A DNA stretch of 64,000 nt from Thermoproteota archaeon (GTDB lineage: Archaea; Korarchaeota; Korarchaeia; Korarchaeales; Korarchaeaceae). Numbering within the stretch: position 1 is the first letter of the stretch; every line of letters starts with the position of its first letter. The DNA is taken from assembly GCA_027491735.1 (NCBI GenBank), contig JAOZGP010000006.1:1-64000 (forward strand), read 5' to 3'. The notes beneath the pieces were generated by a model. The model made no database searches. It saw only the letters and a program-made list of their open reading frames with translations, and was not told the DNA's origin. Made by a program: the position numbers and the translations under genes. Below, piece by piece: positions 29,966 to 41,400 of this stretch.

Positions 29966-30877
29966 ATGTCCTCGAGAATAGAGGGAATACTTCCTCCCCA
30001 CGTGACTCCTTTCGATAAGCTAGGGGAGCTCGATCTTTCAGCCTTGGACAGGCTTGTAGACTTCTGGATGGACTCTGGCGTCCATGGACTCGTGACCTGT
30101 GCCAGCAATGGGGAAGGGCTTTATTTATCACTGGAGGAGAGAGTCAAAGTTGTGGAGAGAGTTGTTGAGAGATCGAGGGGCAGGCCGGTCGTAGTGGGTC
30201 TGTCGTCCCCCACCACGGATGGACTGATAGAACAGGCAAGGGCTGTTCGGGACGTTGGGGCCTCTGCTGTCATGCCCACACCGATCTTTTACTACAGATA
30301 CAGTGACAGGGAGATCCTTGAGCATTACAGGAAGTTCCTGAGCCGCTGTGATCTCCCCGTCATTCTCTACAACGTCCCGAAGTTCGTGGGTTATAACATG
30401 AAGGTTGAAATCCTGGTCAGACTTACCAAGGAGTTCGATCAGGTGGTGGGAATAAAGGAGTCAAGCGGACTGGTGGGGAGGATATCGGAGCTGATCAGGT
30501 CAGCTAAAGCACCCGTTCTCGCTGGAACTGGGGATACGATCCTTCCGACTCTGGTCCTGGGGGGATCGGGAGCTGTGGCCGGTGTGTCGATAATAGCTCC
30601 GAGGATGTGCGTTAAGCTGTACGAGCTCCTGAGGTCGGGGGACCTCTTGGCAGCCTCTGAGCTCCAGCTGAGGTTAACTGAGCTGGACGAGATCGTGTTC
30701 AAGCGGTACAACCAGCTGAGCTCAGTCAAGGAAGTTCTGAACTTGATGGGCCTCCCAGGAGGTCTTCCCAGGAGACCATCGCTTCCTCTTAGCTCTCGGG
30801 AGAGAGAGGAGCTCAGGAGGTCGCTGGAGAGGTTCGGGCTCATTGGCCCTGACACCGGTTCTCAGGGCCAAGGATGA
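29966..30877 (+). CDS. DapA/NAL-family class I aldolase (dihydrodipicolinate synthase-like)
   Basis: VTPFD, ASNGEG, LYNVP, Schiff-base lysine in GIKESS. Substrate uncertain. Confidence 0.88.
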   Translation: MSSRIEGILPPHVTPFDKLGELDLSALDRLVDFWMDSGVHGLVTCASNGEGLYLSLEERVKVVERVVERSRGRPVVVGLSSPTTDGLIEQARAVRDVGASAVMPTPIFYYRYSDREILEHYRKFLSRCDLPVILYNVPKFVGYNMKVEILVRLTKEFDQVVGIKESSGLVGRISELIRSAKAPVLAGTGDTILPTLVLGGSGAVAGVSIIAPRMCVKLYELLRSGDLLAASELQLRLTELDEIVFKRYNQLSSVKEVLNLMGLPGGLPRRPSLPLSSREREELRRSLERFGLIGPDTGSQGQG

Positions 30878-31511
30878 CCAGGAAGGTGGCCACTCCCCTA
30901 TCGAAGATCTCATGACGAGCTTTCATCGAATTGAGAACCTCTTGAATCCATCCACCAAACTCACTTCTAGGAACTCCATGCATCGCCGAGATTGCCTTCA
31001 GCAGCACAACGGGGATGCCCATGATGTTCGAGGTCTTGACGAACTTCTCCTTGGGCGAATCGTAGGAGAGCTCAACGATCCAAGCCTTCCTTCTCGTGAC
31101 TCTGAGACATTCTCTGAAGAACTCCTGTGGTCTTCTGAGATGGTGCAGAGTTCCAGTGCTCACCAGGAGGTCAACGCATCCGTCCCTGAGGGGAAGAAGG
31201 TGAGCATCTCCCATCAGAAGGTGGCAGTCCACATTCGCAGCCATCCTCAGCATGGCGGGAGATATGTCGAGTCCAACCCTCTTCACTCCCTCGGCGTCGA
31301 TCATGCTCAGAAGGGAGCCCGTCCCACATCCCACGTCAAGGACAACATCCCCACTTGAGATGTTCGCGGATATCAACTCGGCCAGGTCCCGATGTAGACG
31401 TTCTATCACCCTCTCCGCAACCCTCTTGTAGATGCCGGCTATTGGAGAGGGAATCCCTTGGGAACTTCTCTGGATCCTCCTGAACACCCTGTTGATGAGG
31501 CGAAGGAGCAT
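30840..31511 (-). CDS. class I SAM-dependent methyltransferase
   Basis: VLDVGCGTG, GLDISPAML, GDAHLLPL, LHHL. Confidence 0.88.
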   Translation of the reverse strand: MLLRLINRVFRRIQRSSQGIPSPIAGIYKRVAERVIERLHRDLAELISANISSGDVVLDVGCGTGSLLSMIDAEGVKRVGLDISPAMLRMAANVDCHLLMGDAHLLPLRDGCVDLLVSTGTLHHLRRPQEFFRECLRVTRRKAWIVELSYDSPKEKFVKTSNIMGIPVVLLKAISAMHGVPRSEFGGWIQEVLNSMKARHEIFDRGVATFLVILGPENRCQGQ

Positions 31512-31661
31512 GCTAGACCTTCCTCCACTGGATCCCTTTAAAATGTTGCTCAGATGCCTTTTCTGAGGTGCCTCTACACCATCAAACAACTGATGATAGG
31601 TCTCAGCTGATCAAGCTCGGCCTTGGCAAACGCTTAAATTAGTGGTGATCTCGATCCGTCG

Positions 31662-32594
31662 ATGAAAGATAGTTCAACAGCAGTGCTTCTCCTGACAGTC
31701 CTGGTCCTGTTAGCTTCAGCTTTGATCCACACATCAGCTCAGGAGAGACTCACAGCCTCCATATCACCAAGCTCCATCTCCGTCAAACCTGGGGAGAGGG
31801 TGAGCCTCATCCTAACCATCAGAAACATGGGCGACGAACCCATCAACGTGACGGGGATAAGGCTATCTGTGCTCTCGGAGCGAATGTTCGGCGTTTCCCT
31901 GGAGACGGGACTGGGAGAGTATCCCATACCCTTTGAGAAATCGGTCAAGGTCGATCCCGGTCAGGAGAAACCAATAAAGAGAACCGTTGAGGTACCAAGG
32001 GTTCCGCTGGCCGGAGACTTCAGGATCAGGATTGCGGTCGAGACGACAGGAGGCATTGCCTACACCCAGCTCAAAGTCCACATGGGATACACCACAGGGG
32101 CGAGGCTTTTACTCCTTCTACTGGTCCTCATAGTCTTCAGCCTGATATACCTGATCTACAGAACCATTAAGGGCAGAATCTCCAAGAAGAAGAGAACGAA
32201 GAAGAGGATAAGCAGGGCAGAAGAACTGATAAAGAAGAGGGACAAGTACACAAAGCTCCTCAACAAACTGGAGGAGGAGAGGTCCGAAGGTAGGGTTGAC
32301 GAGGAAGGATACAGAAAGCTCAGGGATGAGTACGAATCCAGGATATCTGGGGTTCAGGAGGAGCTCGAGAGGCTTCTTCCACTCTTGAACGAGGATATCA
32401 AGCGTGTGACCAGCGAGGTGAGCAAGCTTGAGGACGAGGTGAGGGAGCTGAAGGCCAGGATGAGCGTGGGAGAGATCAGCAAGAGAGCAGCGATGTCCAG
32501 GATAAAGCAGAAGGAGAAGATGATGAAGGAGAAAAAGAACTTTCTGTCCGAGATGAAGGTCCTGGTCAACAGGATAAGAAATGGGAGGGGATAG
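31662..32594 (+). CDS. membrane protein: signal peptide, Ig-like domain, TM helix, cytoplasmic coiled coil
   Basis: SISVKPGE..LTIRNMG Ig-like pattern, hydrophobic helix, long K/E/R heptad region. Confidence 0.7.
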   Translation: MKDSSTAVLLLTVLVLLASALIHTSAQERLTASISPSSISVKPGERVSLILTIRNMGDEPINVTGIRLSVLSERMFGVSLETGLGEYPIPFEKSVKVDPGQEKPIKRTVEVPRVPLAGDFRIRIAVETTGGIAYTQLKVHMGYTTGARLLLLLLVLIVFSLIYLIYRTIKGRISKKKRTKKRISRAEELIKKRDKYTKLLNKLEEERSEGRVDEEGYRKLRDEYESRISGVQEELERLLPLLNEDIKRVTSEVSKLEDEVRELKARMSVGEISKRAAMSRIKQKEKMMKEKKNFLSEMKVLVNRIRNGRG

Positions 32595-32612
32595 GCTGCG
32601 GAAGCCCCATCC

Positions 32613-33854
32613 TCATATCCTCATCTTCGAGAGTATGGACGCCAGAACCTGCGGTGGATAGTCCCCCAGACCGATCACTGTGGCTCGGCTTCTCGGCCAG
32701 ACAACGTCTGACTCCAGAGCTATCTCATAGTGAATGGAGAAATCGCTCGGAAGGCTGTCGACGCTTACCTCCTCTCCAGGAAACAGAACTCTGTCTATCT
32801 TGATTTTATCATCCCCTCCCAGAACAACCTTCTCGACCTTTATTGGTCTGTCAGAGGAGTTCCTTATCACTCCACCCTTCTCTCCTCTGATGAGCGAGAG
32901 GTGAGGCTTGAAGCTAAGCTTTCTCCCAAAGAACTGAACGATGGGCTTGGCAGAGATATCGTCATCCTTAACACTGGCCACCATCTGGAGCCTGTAGTCT
33001 ACATCAAGCACGTAGATGTATTTGTCAGAGTACTCGCCCAGGACACCCTGATACCTCTTCTCCTCTCCCTCGACATCGCTCACCTTGACGGTTACCAGTC
33101 TGCCTATGCTGTTCTCCAGAAGCGGGTCGTAGGTCTGTCCAACAATGCCTCCTATGGCCTTCGTCTGAGCCTCTTGGACAGCCTTCTGGAGGTCCTTCGG
33201 AAGGATACCTGTCAGAGTTCCAGTGGTCGACGTGAGAGTTGAGGCGAGCTTGTCCTTCACGTAGCTGAGAGCGTTGTACACCCTTCTTCTGACTCTGTGG
33301 ATGAACGCCCTCTTGTAGAGATCGACCAGCACCTTCCATCTCCTCCTCCTTTCCTCCTCGCTCATGTACTCGACGAAGCTTATCATCATCCATAGGTCCT
33401 TGAGCTCGCTTGGGTATACCTTCCTCGACACCAGGCTCGGAGGAGCCCAGGAGTTTATATCCACATCCTCAATCCTCATGTCCCTTGGGATCAGGCCGTT
33501 CTCCTTGAGAGATCTCATCAAAGATTCAGCTCTCCTCAGAAACTCCTCCTTCTTGGTCTCATGGTAGTTCTCCACAAGGAAAGCTACGAGGGACAGCGGG
33601 TTCTCGATGTCCGTTTCCATGTAGAACACCTCGAAGCCTCCCTTGCTCCTGGGTGGTATCTCCAACCGCCCGAAGTGAACCTCCCTCCCTATGAAGACAA
33701 ATGCCCTGTGCCCTCTGACGAGCTTGAGAACTCTGTCCACAGAGAAAAGATCAATCAGCGAGAATATGAGGGAGATAACAGCACCTATGATCACGAGATA
33801 GACCACGGGCAGGAGAGGTCTAAGGTCCTGCTCCAGGGAGGCTAGATCCATCAA
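32613..33854 (-). CDS. membrane-anchored hypothetical protein
   Basis: 413-aa ORF with N-terminal TM, SD-like GGAGGG and TTTAAA box upstream. Confidence 0.75.
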   Translation of the reverse strand: MMDLASLEQDLRPLLPVVYLVIIGAVISLIFSLIDLFSVDRVLKLVRGHRAFVFIGREVHFGRLEIPPRSKGGFEVFYMETDIENPLSLVAFLVENYHETKKEEFLRRAESLMRSLKENGLIPRDMRIEDVDINSWAPPSLVSRKVYPSELKDLWMMISFVEYMSEEERRRRWKVLVDLYKRAFIHRVRRRVYNALSYVKDKLASTLTSTTGTLTGILPKDLQKAVQEAQTKAIGGIVGQTYDPLLENSIGRLVTVKVSDVEGEEKRYQGVLGEYSDKYIYVLDVDYRLQMVASVKDDDISAKPIVQFFGRKLSFKPHLSLIRGEKGGVIRNSSDRPIKVEKVVLGGDDKIKIDRVLFPGEEVSVDSLPSDFSIHYEIALESDVVWPRSRATVIGLGDYPPQVLASILSKMRI

Positions 33855-34735
33855 AATCCCTCCTTCATGTAGAGGAAATCTATTTAAATGTCTGACTTCC
33901 TCTAGAATCCTTTAGGCTGTCTGTATACCTTATGAAGAGGCTTAACGTGGGTTCTCGGGCTCCAATCCCCATCCGAGCTTCCCAACACTCTTCACGACTG
34001 GACCTTTTAAACAGTACCTCCTCCGACGGACATCCTCCTCGCTGAGCCTTTGCCTGAGGCTCTCATGCGGACTATACGAAGAAGCTCCTCTACCACATCT
34101 GCTTTTCTCCCGAGATCCTCTGCTGTATCCAGTGAAATAGAGCCTTCCTCCTCAGATAACCCAACAACTCCGCGAGAATCCTCTCGGGGGTGGTTCTCCC
34201 CTAACTCCTAACTTCCCCTCGCTCACCTGAGCCCATGAAATTCATGCATATATAAGTTTTTGTTTACGAACGACGCGTTCCTCCGAAAGCTTCCTTTGCT
34301 GATCGCCTTTTTTGGGATCCTCAAGTCGGCACTGACTTACGATAGGCTGAAGAGGGCGCCGTGATCTCCGGAGGACCTTCATGGCCTCGAGAGCTTGGAC
34401 CACACCAGGGTGGTCACTCTCAACAAATCCCAGACGGAACCCCAACGGCGAGTCAGAGGACTTCTCAAGGATAGATGCATCTCAACCTCCCCAACTCCTC
34501 CGAAACGACCACGACATCTGTACAGTTGAGGTCGGTGAGCCCCCGTCATGGAACAAAGAACGTGGACCTCGAGATCCGGCCTCTCTCTGAACGTGGTTCT
34601 TCAAGCACCCATCGGAGATCTGGATGAGGAGGATGGCGAGCGCCTGTGTTGCAGACGCAACAGATCTCATCGATTTTGAATTATTAATTACAAAAATATT
34701 ATATATTGGATCCAGAACTGGGCTCAGGTGGTTCG

Positions 34736-35929
34736 ATGAGGGTCGTGCTCGCCTACTCCGGTGGTCTGGACACATCAGTCATGCTCAAGATGATCCAGGA
34801 GAGGCTCGGCGCTGAGGTGATCACGGTCACAGTCGACGTCGGGCAGAAAGATGACTTTGAGGCGATAGAGGAAAAAGCCCTCAAGCTGGGTGCTGTGAAA
34901 CACTACTTCTTCGAAGCGAAGAGGGAGTTCGTGGAGGGATATGTGTTCAAGGCCGTGAGGGCAAACGCCCTGTATGACGGCGCCTATCCCCTCTCATCGG
35001 CTCTAGCAAGGCCCCTGATAGTTGAAAAACTTGTTGAGGTCGCTAAGAAGGAGGACGCTGATGCCATAGCCCATGGCTGCACGGGAAAGGGGAACGATCA
35101 GGTCAGGTTCGACCTCGGGATAAAGTCCCTTCACCCGAAGATCAAGGTCCTGGCTCCCGTCAGGGAGTGGGGACTGACCAGGGACTGGGAGATGGAGTAC
35201 GCGAGGAAGCACGGGATACCTGTGAGGGATAAGATATACAGCATAGACGAGAACCTCTGGGGGAGGTCCATAGAAGGGGGATCCTTGGAGGATCCAGCAG
35301 CAGAGCCCCCGGAGGAGGTCTTCGAGTGGACTGTCCAGCCAGAGGTGGCACCAGATGAGGCGGAATACCTGGAGATCGAGTTCAAGGAGGGGGTTCCCGT
35401 GGGGATAAACGGGGAGAGGATGGATCCGGTGAGGACCATAGAGATGCTGAACTTGATCGGCGGCAAGCATGGGGTCGGGAGGATAGATCACATGGAGAAC
35501 AGAGTGGTTGGAATAAAGAGCAGGGAGGTCTACGAGGCTCCGGCAGCCATCCTGACGATAGAAGCACACAAGGATCTGGAGAAACTCGTGCTCACAAAGT
35601 GGACAACCAAGTTCAAGGAGATAGCCGATCTCGAGTGGGCATGGCTAGTCTACAGCGGCCTCTGGTTCGAACCCTTGAGGAAATCCCTGGATGTCTTCAT
35701 GGAAGAGGTGGAGAGGGTTGTCAGCGGGACCGTCAGGGTCAAACTGTACAGGGGAGGATTCATCGTGGTGGGGAGGAGCTCGGACAACTCCCTGTACGAT
35801 CTCGACATGGCCTCCTACGAGAGCTTCAGCAGGTTCGATCAAAAACTGGCTCTGGGCTTCATAGAGCTCTTTGGGGCCCAGAGCGTTGCTGCTTTCAGAA
35901 CACTGAAACCCATAAAGGTCAGCGCGTAG
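34736..35929 (+). CDS. argG: argininosuccinate synthase
   Basis: LAYSGGLDTS, HGCTGKGNDQVRF, SIDENLWGRS, KSREVYEAP. Confidence 0.97.
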   Translation: MRVVLAYSGGLDTSVMLKMIQERLGAEVITVTVDVGQKDDFEAIEEKALKLGAVKHYFFEAKREFVEGYVFKAVRANALYDGAYPLSSALARPLIVEKLVEVAKKEDADAIAHGCTGKGNDQVRFDLGIKSLHPKIKVLAPVREWGLTRDWEMEYARKHGIPVRDKIYSIDENLWGRSIEGGSLEDPAAEPPEEVFEWTVQPEVAPDEAEYLEIEFKEGVPVGINGERMDPVRTIEMLNLIGGKHGVGRIDHMENRVVGIKSREVYEAPAAILTIEAHKDLEKLVLTKWTTKFKEIADLEWAWLVYSGLWFEPLRKSLDVFMEEVERVVSGTVRVKLYRGGFIVVGRSSDNSLYDLDMASYESFSRFDQKLALGFIELFGAQSVAAFRTLKPIKVSA

Positions 35930-35939
35930 CGGTGGTTGG

Positions 35940-37325
35940 ATGTACAGGAGGGCCCTTCTCGGCGGGGAGGACCTTGAGATCCAGGAGTACATATCCTCAA
36001 TTGATGGGGACAAGGAGATTGCTGAAGAGGTCCTCCGCTGCCTCATGAACCACGTGAGAGCTCTAATGGATTGCGGACTGGCTCCAAAGGAGAAATGCAT
36101 CAGAATCCTCGATGAACTTGAGAAACTCATCAGGGATCCGAGCCCTGTCCTCTCCATCAAAGCTGAGGACATACACGAGGCCCTGGAGATGTACCTGAGG
36201 AGGAGGATCGGCGATGACGAGGGATACCTTGCTCTGGGGAGGAGCAGGAATGATCATGTTTCGTGCGCACTTAGGCTGAAGACGAGGAAGCTTCTGATAA
36301 ACCAGATAAAGGAGATCGTGAACCTCAGGAGGATAATCCTTGACAGAGCTGAGGAGCACCTGAACACCTTGATGCCGGCCTTCACCCACCTCAGGCCCGC
36401 CCAGCTCTCAACATTCGCTCACTACCTCTGTTATCTGGCGGAGACACTGTCGGACTACACGAGCTTCCTGATGCTGGCCCTCAAGATAACCGATAGATCC
36501 CCCCTAGGTGGAGGAGCAGTCTCTGGGACGAGGGTCCCCCTCGACAGGAGGCTCATGGCAAGAGGGCTCTTCAAGAAGGTCCTACATAGCTCCATCAGGG
36601 CGTCGAGCGGGAGGGACTTCATGGCCCTCACTTCGTCAATCGACGCCTGCCTTTCGGTGTTCCTCTCCAGGGTGGCCGAGGACCTGATAGTGCTCTCCTC
36701 CCCCAACTTCGGCTACCTGATCCTTCCGGACGAACATCTCTCCACAAGCAGCATGATGCCTCAGAAGAGAAATCCGGTTACGATGGAGGTTGCCAGGGCA
36801 TGGGGGTCCGAGAGCGTAGGCCATCTGGTGGCAATCCTCGGTATCCTGAAGGCCCTCCCATCTGGCTACAACCTGGACATGCAGGAGGCGAACGGCCATC
36901 ATCTGAGAGTAGTGAAGGGAACTACAGAAGCCCTCAGGATCTTCTCGAAGATCTTCAGCGGGCTCAGGGTGAACGAGGAGAGGGTGCTTGATGACCTGAA
37001 CTCGATCCCGATCCTGGCCACCGATCTGGCCGAGGAGATCTCGATGAGGACGGGTGAACCTTACAGAAAGGTCCATGAGGATATAGCTAAGATCCTGAGG
37101 GAATCCAAAGGGACTGAGGAGTTCTACTCGGAGGTCGAGGATAGGTACGGGGTCAGGATGTCCCCCGAGGAGTGCATAAGGAGGCCTGTGATCGGGTCAC
37201 CTAATCCGGATCATGTCAAGAGGTGCATTGAGGTCGAGAGGGGCAACCTGAAGAGGGATCTCATCACACTGAAGGACATGGGTTTCGATCTGGGTGAAAG
37301 TGAGGAACATGAGGGAAGCGGATGA
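35940..37325 (+). CDS. argH: argininosuccinate lyase
   Basis: GRSRND, MPAFTHL, SSMMPQKRNP, GYNLDMQE. Confidence 0.95.
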   Translation: MYRRALLGGEDLEIQEYISSIDGDKEIAEEVLRCLMNHVRALMDCGLAPKEKCIRILDELEKLIRDPSPVLSIKAEDIHEALEMYLRRRIGDDEGYLALGRSRNDHVSCALRLKTRKLLINQIKEIVNLRRIILDRAEEHLNTLMPAFTHLRPAQLSTFAHYLCYLAETLSDYTSFLMLALKITDRSPLGGGAVSGTRVPLDRRLMARGLFKKVLHSSIRASSGRDFMALTSSIDACLSVFLSRVAEDLIVLSSPNFGYLILPDEHLSTSSMMPQKRNPVTMEVARAWGSESVGHLVAILGILKALPSGYNLDMQEANGHHLRVVKGTTEALRIFSKIFSGLRVNEERVLDDLNSIPILATDLAEEISMRTGEPYRKVHEDIAKILRESKGTEEFYSEVEDRYGVRMSPEECIRRPVIGSPNPDHVKRCIEVERGNLKRDLITLKDMGFDLGESEEHEGSG

Positions 37326-38442
37326 CTCAGACAAAAAGGCGTTTCTCGTGCTGGAGGACGGAACCATCCTGAGGGGGAGGGGGTTTGGAGCCGAGGGATT
37401 GGTGTACGGGGAGGTGGTGTTCACAACAGCCATGACGGGCTACACGAAGTCCCTCACAGATCCCTCCTACGAGGGACAGATTCTGATCATGAGCTACCCC
37501 CTGATAGGGAACTATGGGGTTCCAAGCGAGGAGCTCACGGAGTTCGGTATTCCGATCCATAGGGAGTCGGAGAGGATACACGTCAAGGGGCTCGTCATCT
37601 CCAAACTCATGAGGGGTAGCCATTGGTCGAGCTGCATGAGCCTGGACAAGTGGCTCAGGATGGAGGGAGTTCCCGGAATCGAGGGAATCGACACGAGAGC
37701 CCTTGTGAAGAGGATAAGGGAGAGGGGAGTGATGATGGGAGCTCTGTCCTTCGGAGGTCCTGATCCGGGGGAGGTCCTCCAGAAGGTGAGAAGGATGAGC
37801 TACGAGGAGATGAACCTCGTCGAGAGGGTGACCCCGAGAAGGGTGATAGTTCACAGGACAGGAAGCAAGCTCAGGGCTGTTGTGGTGGACTGCGGGGTGA
37901 AGTACGGGATAGTAAGGGAGCTTCTGAGGAGGGGGGTAGAGGTCGTCAGAACGCCCTGCTGGTATGATCCAGTGGACGCTCTCGAGAGGTTCGGGGCTAG
38001 GGGGGTTGTCCTGAGCAACGGACCTGGGAACCCCTCCCTCCTTGAAGATCTCGTGCGCAGGGCCAGGACGCTGGTGGAGGAGGGCATCCCGACCCTGGGG
38101 ATATGCCTAGGCAACCAGATACTCGCTCTCGCTGATGGAGGAGAGGTTTTCAAGCTGAAGTACGGACATAGAGGGGTGAACAAACCTGTCAGAGACTTAA
38201 AGAGCGGTAAGGCGTTTGTCACAGCTCAGAACCATGGATACGCCGTCTCACCCGAGAGCTTGGGGGAATTCCGGGTGTGGATGATCAACATCGATGACGG
38301 GAGCGTTGAGGGGATATGCCATCCCGAGAAGCCCCTCATGGCTGTTCAGTTCCATCCCGAGGGGTCTCCAGGACCGCTGGACTCGACCTGGATATTCGAT
38401 CTCTTCTCAAGAGTGATGAGGGATAATGGTGAAGCCATCTAA
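37294..38442 (+). CDS. carA: carbamoyl-phosphate synthase small subunit
   Basis: GEVVFTTAMTGY, LTDPSY, SNGPGNP, GICLG, QNHGY, QFHPE. Confidence 0.96.
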   Translation: MKVRNMREADDSDKKAFLVLEDGTILRGRGFGAEGLVYGEVVFTTAMTGYTKSLTDPSYEGQILIMSYPLIGNYGVPSEELTEFGIPIHRESERIHVKGLVISKLMRGSHWSSCMSLDKWLRMEGVPGIEGIDTRALVKRIRERGVMMGALSFGGPDPGEVLQKVRRMSYEEMNLVERVTPRRVIVHRTGSKLRAVVVDCGVKYGIVRELLRRGVEVVRTPCWYDPVDALERFGARGVVLSNGPGNPSLLEDLVRRARTLVEEGIPTLGICLGNQILALADGGEVFKLKYGHRGVNKPVRDLKSGKAFVTAQNHGYAVSPESLGEFRVWMINIDDGSVEGICHPEKPLMAVQFHPEGSPGPLDSTWIFDLFSRVMRDNGEAI

Positions 38443-41400
38443 GGTCCTCATGATAGGCTCGGGGGCCATAAAGGTCGGGGAGGCAGCCGAGTTCGACTAC
38501 AGCGGGAGTCAGGCTCTGAAGGCCATGAAGGAAGAGGGCATAGAGACTGTCCTGGTGAACCCGAATGTGGCAACGATTCAGACAAGCCCGGAGATGGCTG
38601 ATAGAGTTTATTTAGTTCCTCTAAACGTAAAGTTCGTCGAAAAGGTCATCGAGAGAGAGGAACCGGATGGGCTGCTGCTCGGCTTTGGGGGACAGAGCGC
38701 CCTGTCCCTGGGGGTCCTCCTCCATGATCTGGGGATTCTCAAGGAGCACTGTGTTGAGGTGCTCGGAACTCCTGTGGATGGGATAAGAAGGGCGCTGGAC
38801 AGGGAGATGTTCAAGGAGACTATGAGATCCGCTGGGATACCTGTGCCGAGGAGCATGGCTGCTACAAACATGGATGACGCCGTCAGGGCCGCTGAGGAGG
38901 TGGGCTTCCCTGTCATAGTGAGAGTCAGCTTCAACCTCGGCGGGAGAGGCTCCTTCATAGCCTGGAACATGGAGGAGTTCAGAAGGGGAGTGAGGAGGGC
39001 CTTCGCACACAGCGAGATAGGGAAGATCCTGGTGGAGAGGTCCTTGAGGGGATGGAAGGAGGTGGAGTTCGAGGTTGTGAGGGACTCCGATGGGAACTCA
39101 GTCGCCGTGGCCTGTCTGGAGAACGTGGATCCAATGGGGGTTCACACGGGGGATTCGGTGGTGGTCGCCCCATCTCAGACCCTGACGGATAGGGAGTATC
39201 AGATCCTCAGAAGCACCTCCCTGAGGGTTGCCGAGGCGATAGGTCTCGTTGGGGAGTGTAACGTCCAGTTCGCGCTGAGCCCTGGATCAGAGGAGTTCTA
39301 TGTGATAGAGGTCAACCCAAGGATGAGCAGAAGCAGCGCCCTCGCCAGCAAGGCGACCGGCTACCCCCTGGCCTACATATCGGCCAAGCTTGCCCTGGGG
39401 CACCGTCTGGATGAGCTGATGAACGGGGTGACAGGAGCAACGACGGCAGCTTTCGAGCCAAGCCTGGATTATGTGGTCGTCAAGGTGCCGAGATGGGACC
39501 TTGAGAAGTTCGAGATGGCTGAAAGGGTCGTTGGCTCCGAGATGAGGAGTATAGGGGAGGTCATGGCCATAGGGAGGAACATCCACGAAGCCCTTCAGAA
39601 GGCGTTCAGGATGGTGGACATGGGGGATGAGCTCATAGGAAACTACTACGAGAAGGACGAGCCACTGGATAAAGTTCTGGAGAGGATAAGGTCCTACAGA
39701 CCGTATGTGCTGATGCACGTGGCCAAGGCCCTGAGGCTCGGAGCCAGCGTGGAGGAGGTGAACGAGATCACTGGGATAGACAGGTTCTACCTCTACGTCA
39801 TCGAGGACCTCGTCAGGATAGCTGAAAAGCTCAGATCTGGCAATACTGATGTCGTTGAGGAAGCTAGGAGGCTTGGTTTCAGTGATGAACAGATAAGAAA
39901 GCTTACCGGTGGAAAAAGCGTTCCTGGAGGATTTAGCGTGAAGCAGATAGACACACTGGCTGGCGAGGTTCCTGCGAGAACCAACTACCTCTATCTGACG
40001 AGGGATGCATGTGAGCATGACGTCTCGAGCTCGAGCAGGCCGAAGGTGATGGTCCTCGGTGCGGGGGTGTTCAGGATCGGCGTGAGCGTTGAGTTCGACT
40101 GGGCCGTCGTCAACTTCGCCAGGGCTGCGAGGAGAAGGGGCTACGAGGTTTTGGTTCTAAACTACAATCCTGAGACGGTCTCGACGGACTGGGACGTCAA
40201 CGACAAGCTTTACTTCGATGAGATATCCCTTGAGAGGGTCCTGGAGATATACGATTTCGAGAGACCAGAGGGGGTCGTTGTGTTCGCTGGCGGTCAGCTC
40301 GCCAACTCCCTGGCTAAGAGGCTTGAGGAGAAAGGAGTCATCCTTCTGGGAAGCTGCGGGATCAGCGTGGACTCAGCTGAGGATAGGTCCAAGTTCTCAA
40401 AGCTTCTTGAGAGCCTCGGGATAAGACAACCTCCCTGGATCGAGGCGAGGAGCGTGAAGGAGGTCCTGGAATTTGCCGAGGAGGTCGGATATCCTGTGAT
40501 GGTCAGGCCAAGCTATGTGCTGAGTGGGACGGCGATGAAGGTAGCGAGCAACGAGGAGGAGCTGAGGGACTACCTTATGAGGGCTGCGAAGGTATCTCAG
40601 GAGCACCTAGTAGTGGTCTCGAAGTTTCTGGACGCATTGGAGGCGGAGCTCGATGCTGTCTCGGATGGAAGGAGCGTCGTGGGGGTCACCCTGGAGCACA
40701 TTGAGAGGGCTGGGATCCACAGCGGGGACTCGACCATGGTCACCCCCTGCAGGATCTTGAAGCCGGAGAGCCTGAGGAAGATGCATGAGATAGCCCTGGA
40801 ACTTGCCACAAACCTGGAGATAAGGGGTCCCTTCAACCTTCAGTTCCTGATTAACAAGGAGGTTCAGGTTCTCGAGCTGAACCTCAGGGCCAGCAGATCT
40901 ATGCCCTTCTCCAGCAAGTCAAGAGGTGTGAACCTGATGGAGCTGTCGGCCCAGGCGGTTCTGGATGGAAAGCTCTCAATTGGGATTGATGGAGAATACG
41001 TGGAGGTTCCAGCTAGGGATTTTGCTGTTAAGACCCCCCAGTTCTCCTGGTCTCAGATGAAGGGAGCATATCCATGCCTGGGCCCGGAGATGAGGTCCAC
41101 CGGCGAGGTTGCAGCGCTCGGCAGGTCATTTGAGGAGGCTCTGCTCAAGAGTTGGCTCTCGGCCAGGCCGAACAGGATGCCGGAAAGACGCGTGCTCATA
41201 TACGGCTATGAGGACAGGGATCTCCTCCAGGAGGTTGCCGAGGGGATCAGCTTTGCGGAGGTGATCACAGTCGACAGCTCCCTCGACATCCCGTCGGTCG
41301 ATCAGAAGACCGCCAGGAGGATGATGAGGGACGGGGCCATAGACCTCGTGGCCACATCCGGTCACAGCATATCCAGGGACTACTGGCTAAGGAGGACTGC

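Noticed and set aside
33945-33990. T-loop-like GGGCTCCAATCCC suggesting a tRNA
   Set aside because: No GTTC motif and no cloverleaf.
34676-34692. ARG-box-like TGAATTATTAATTACA upstream of argG
   Set aside because: Poor fit to TGAAT-N4-ATTCA, lies in an AT-rich promoter, and ArgR is not a typical archaeal regulator.
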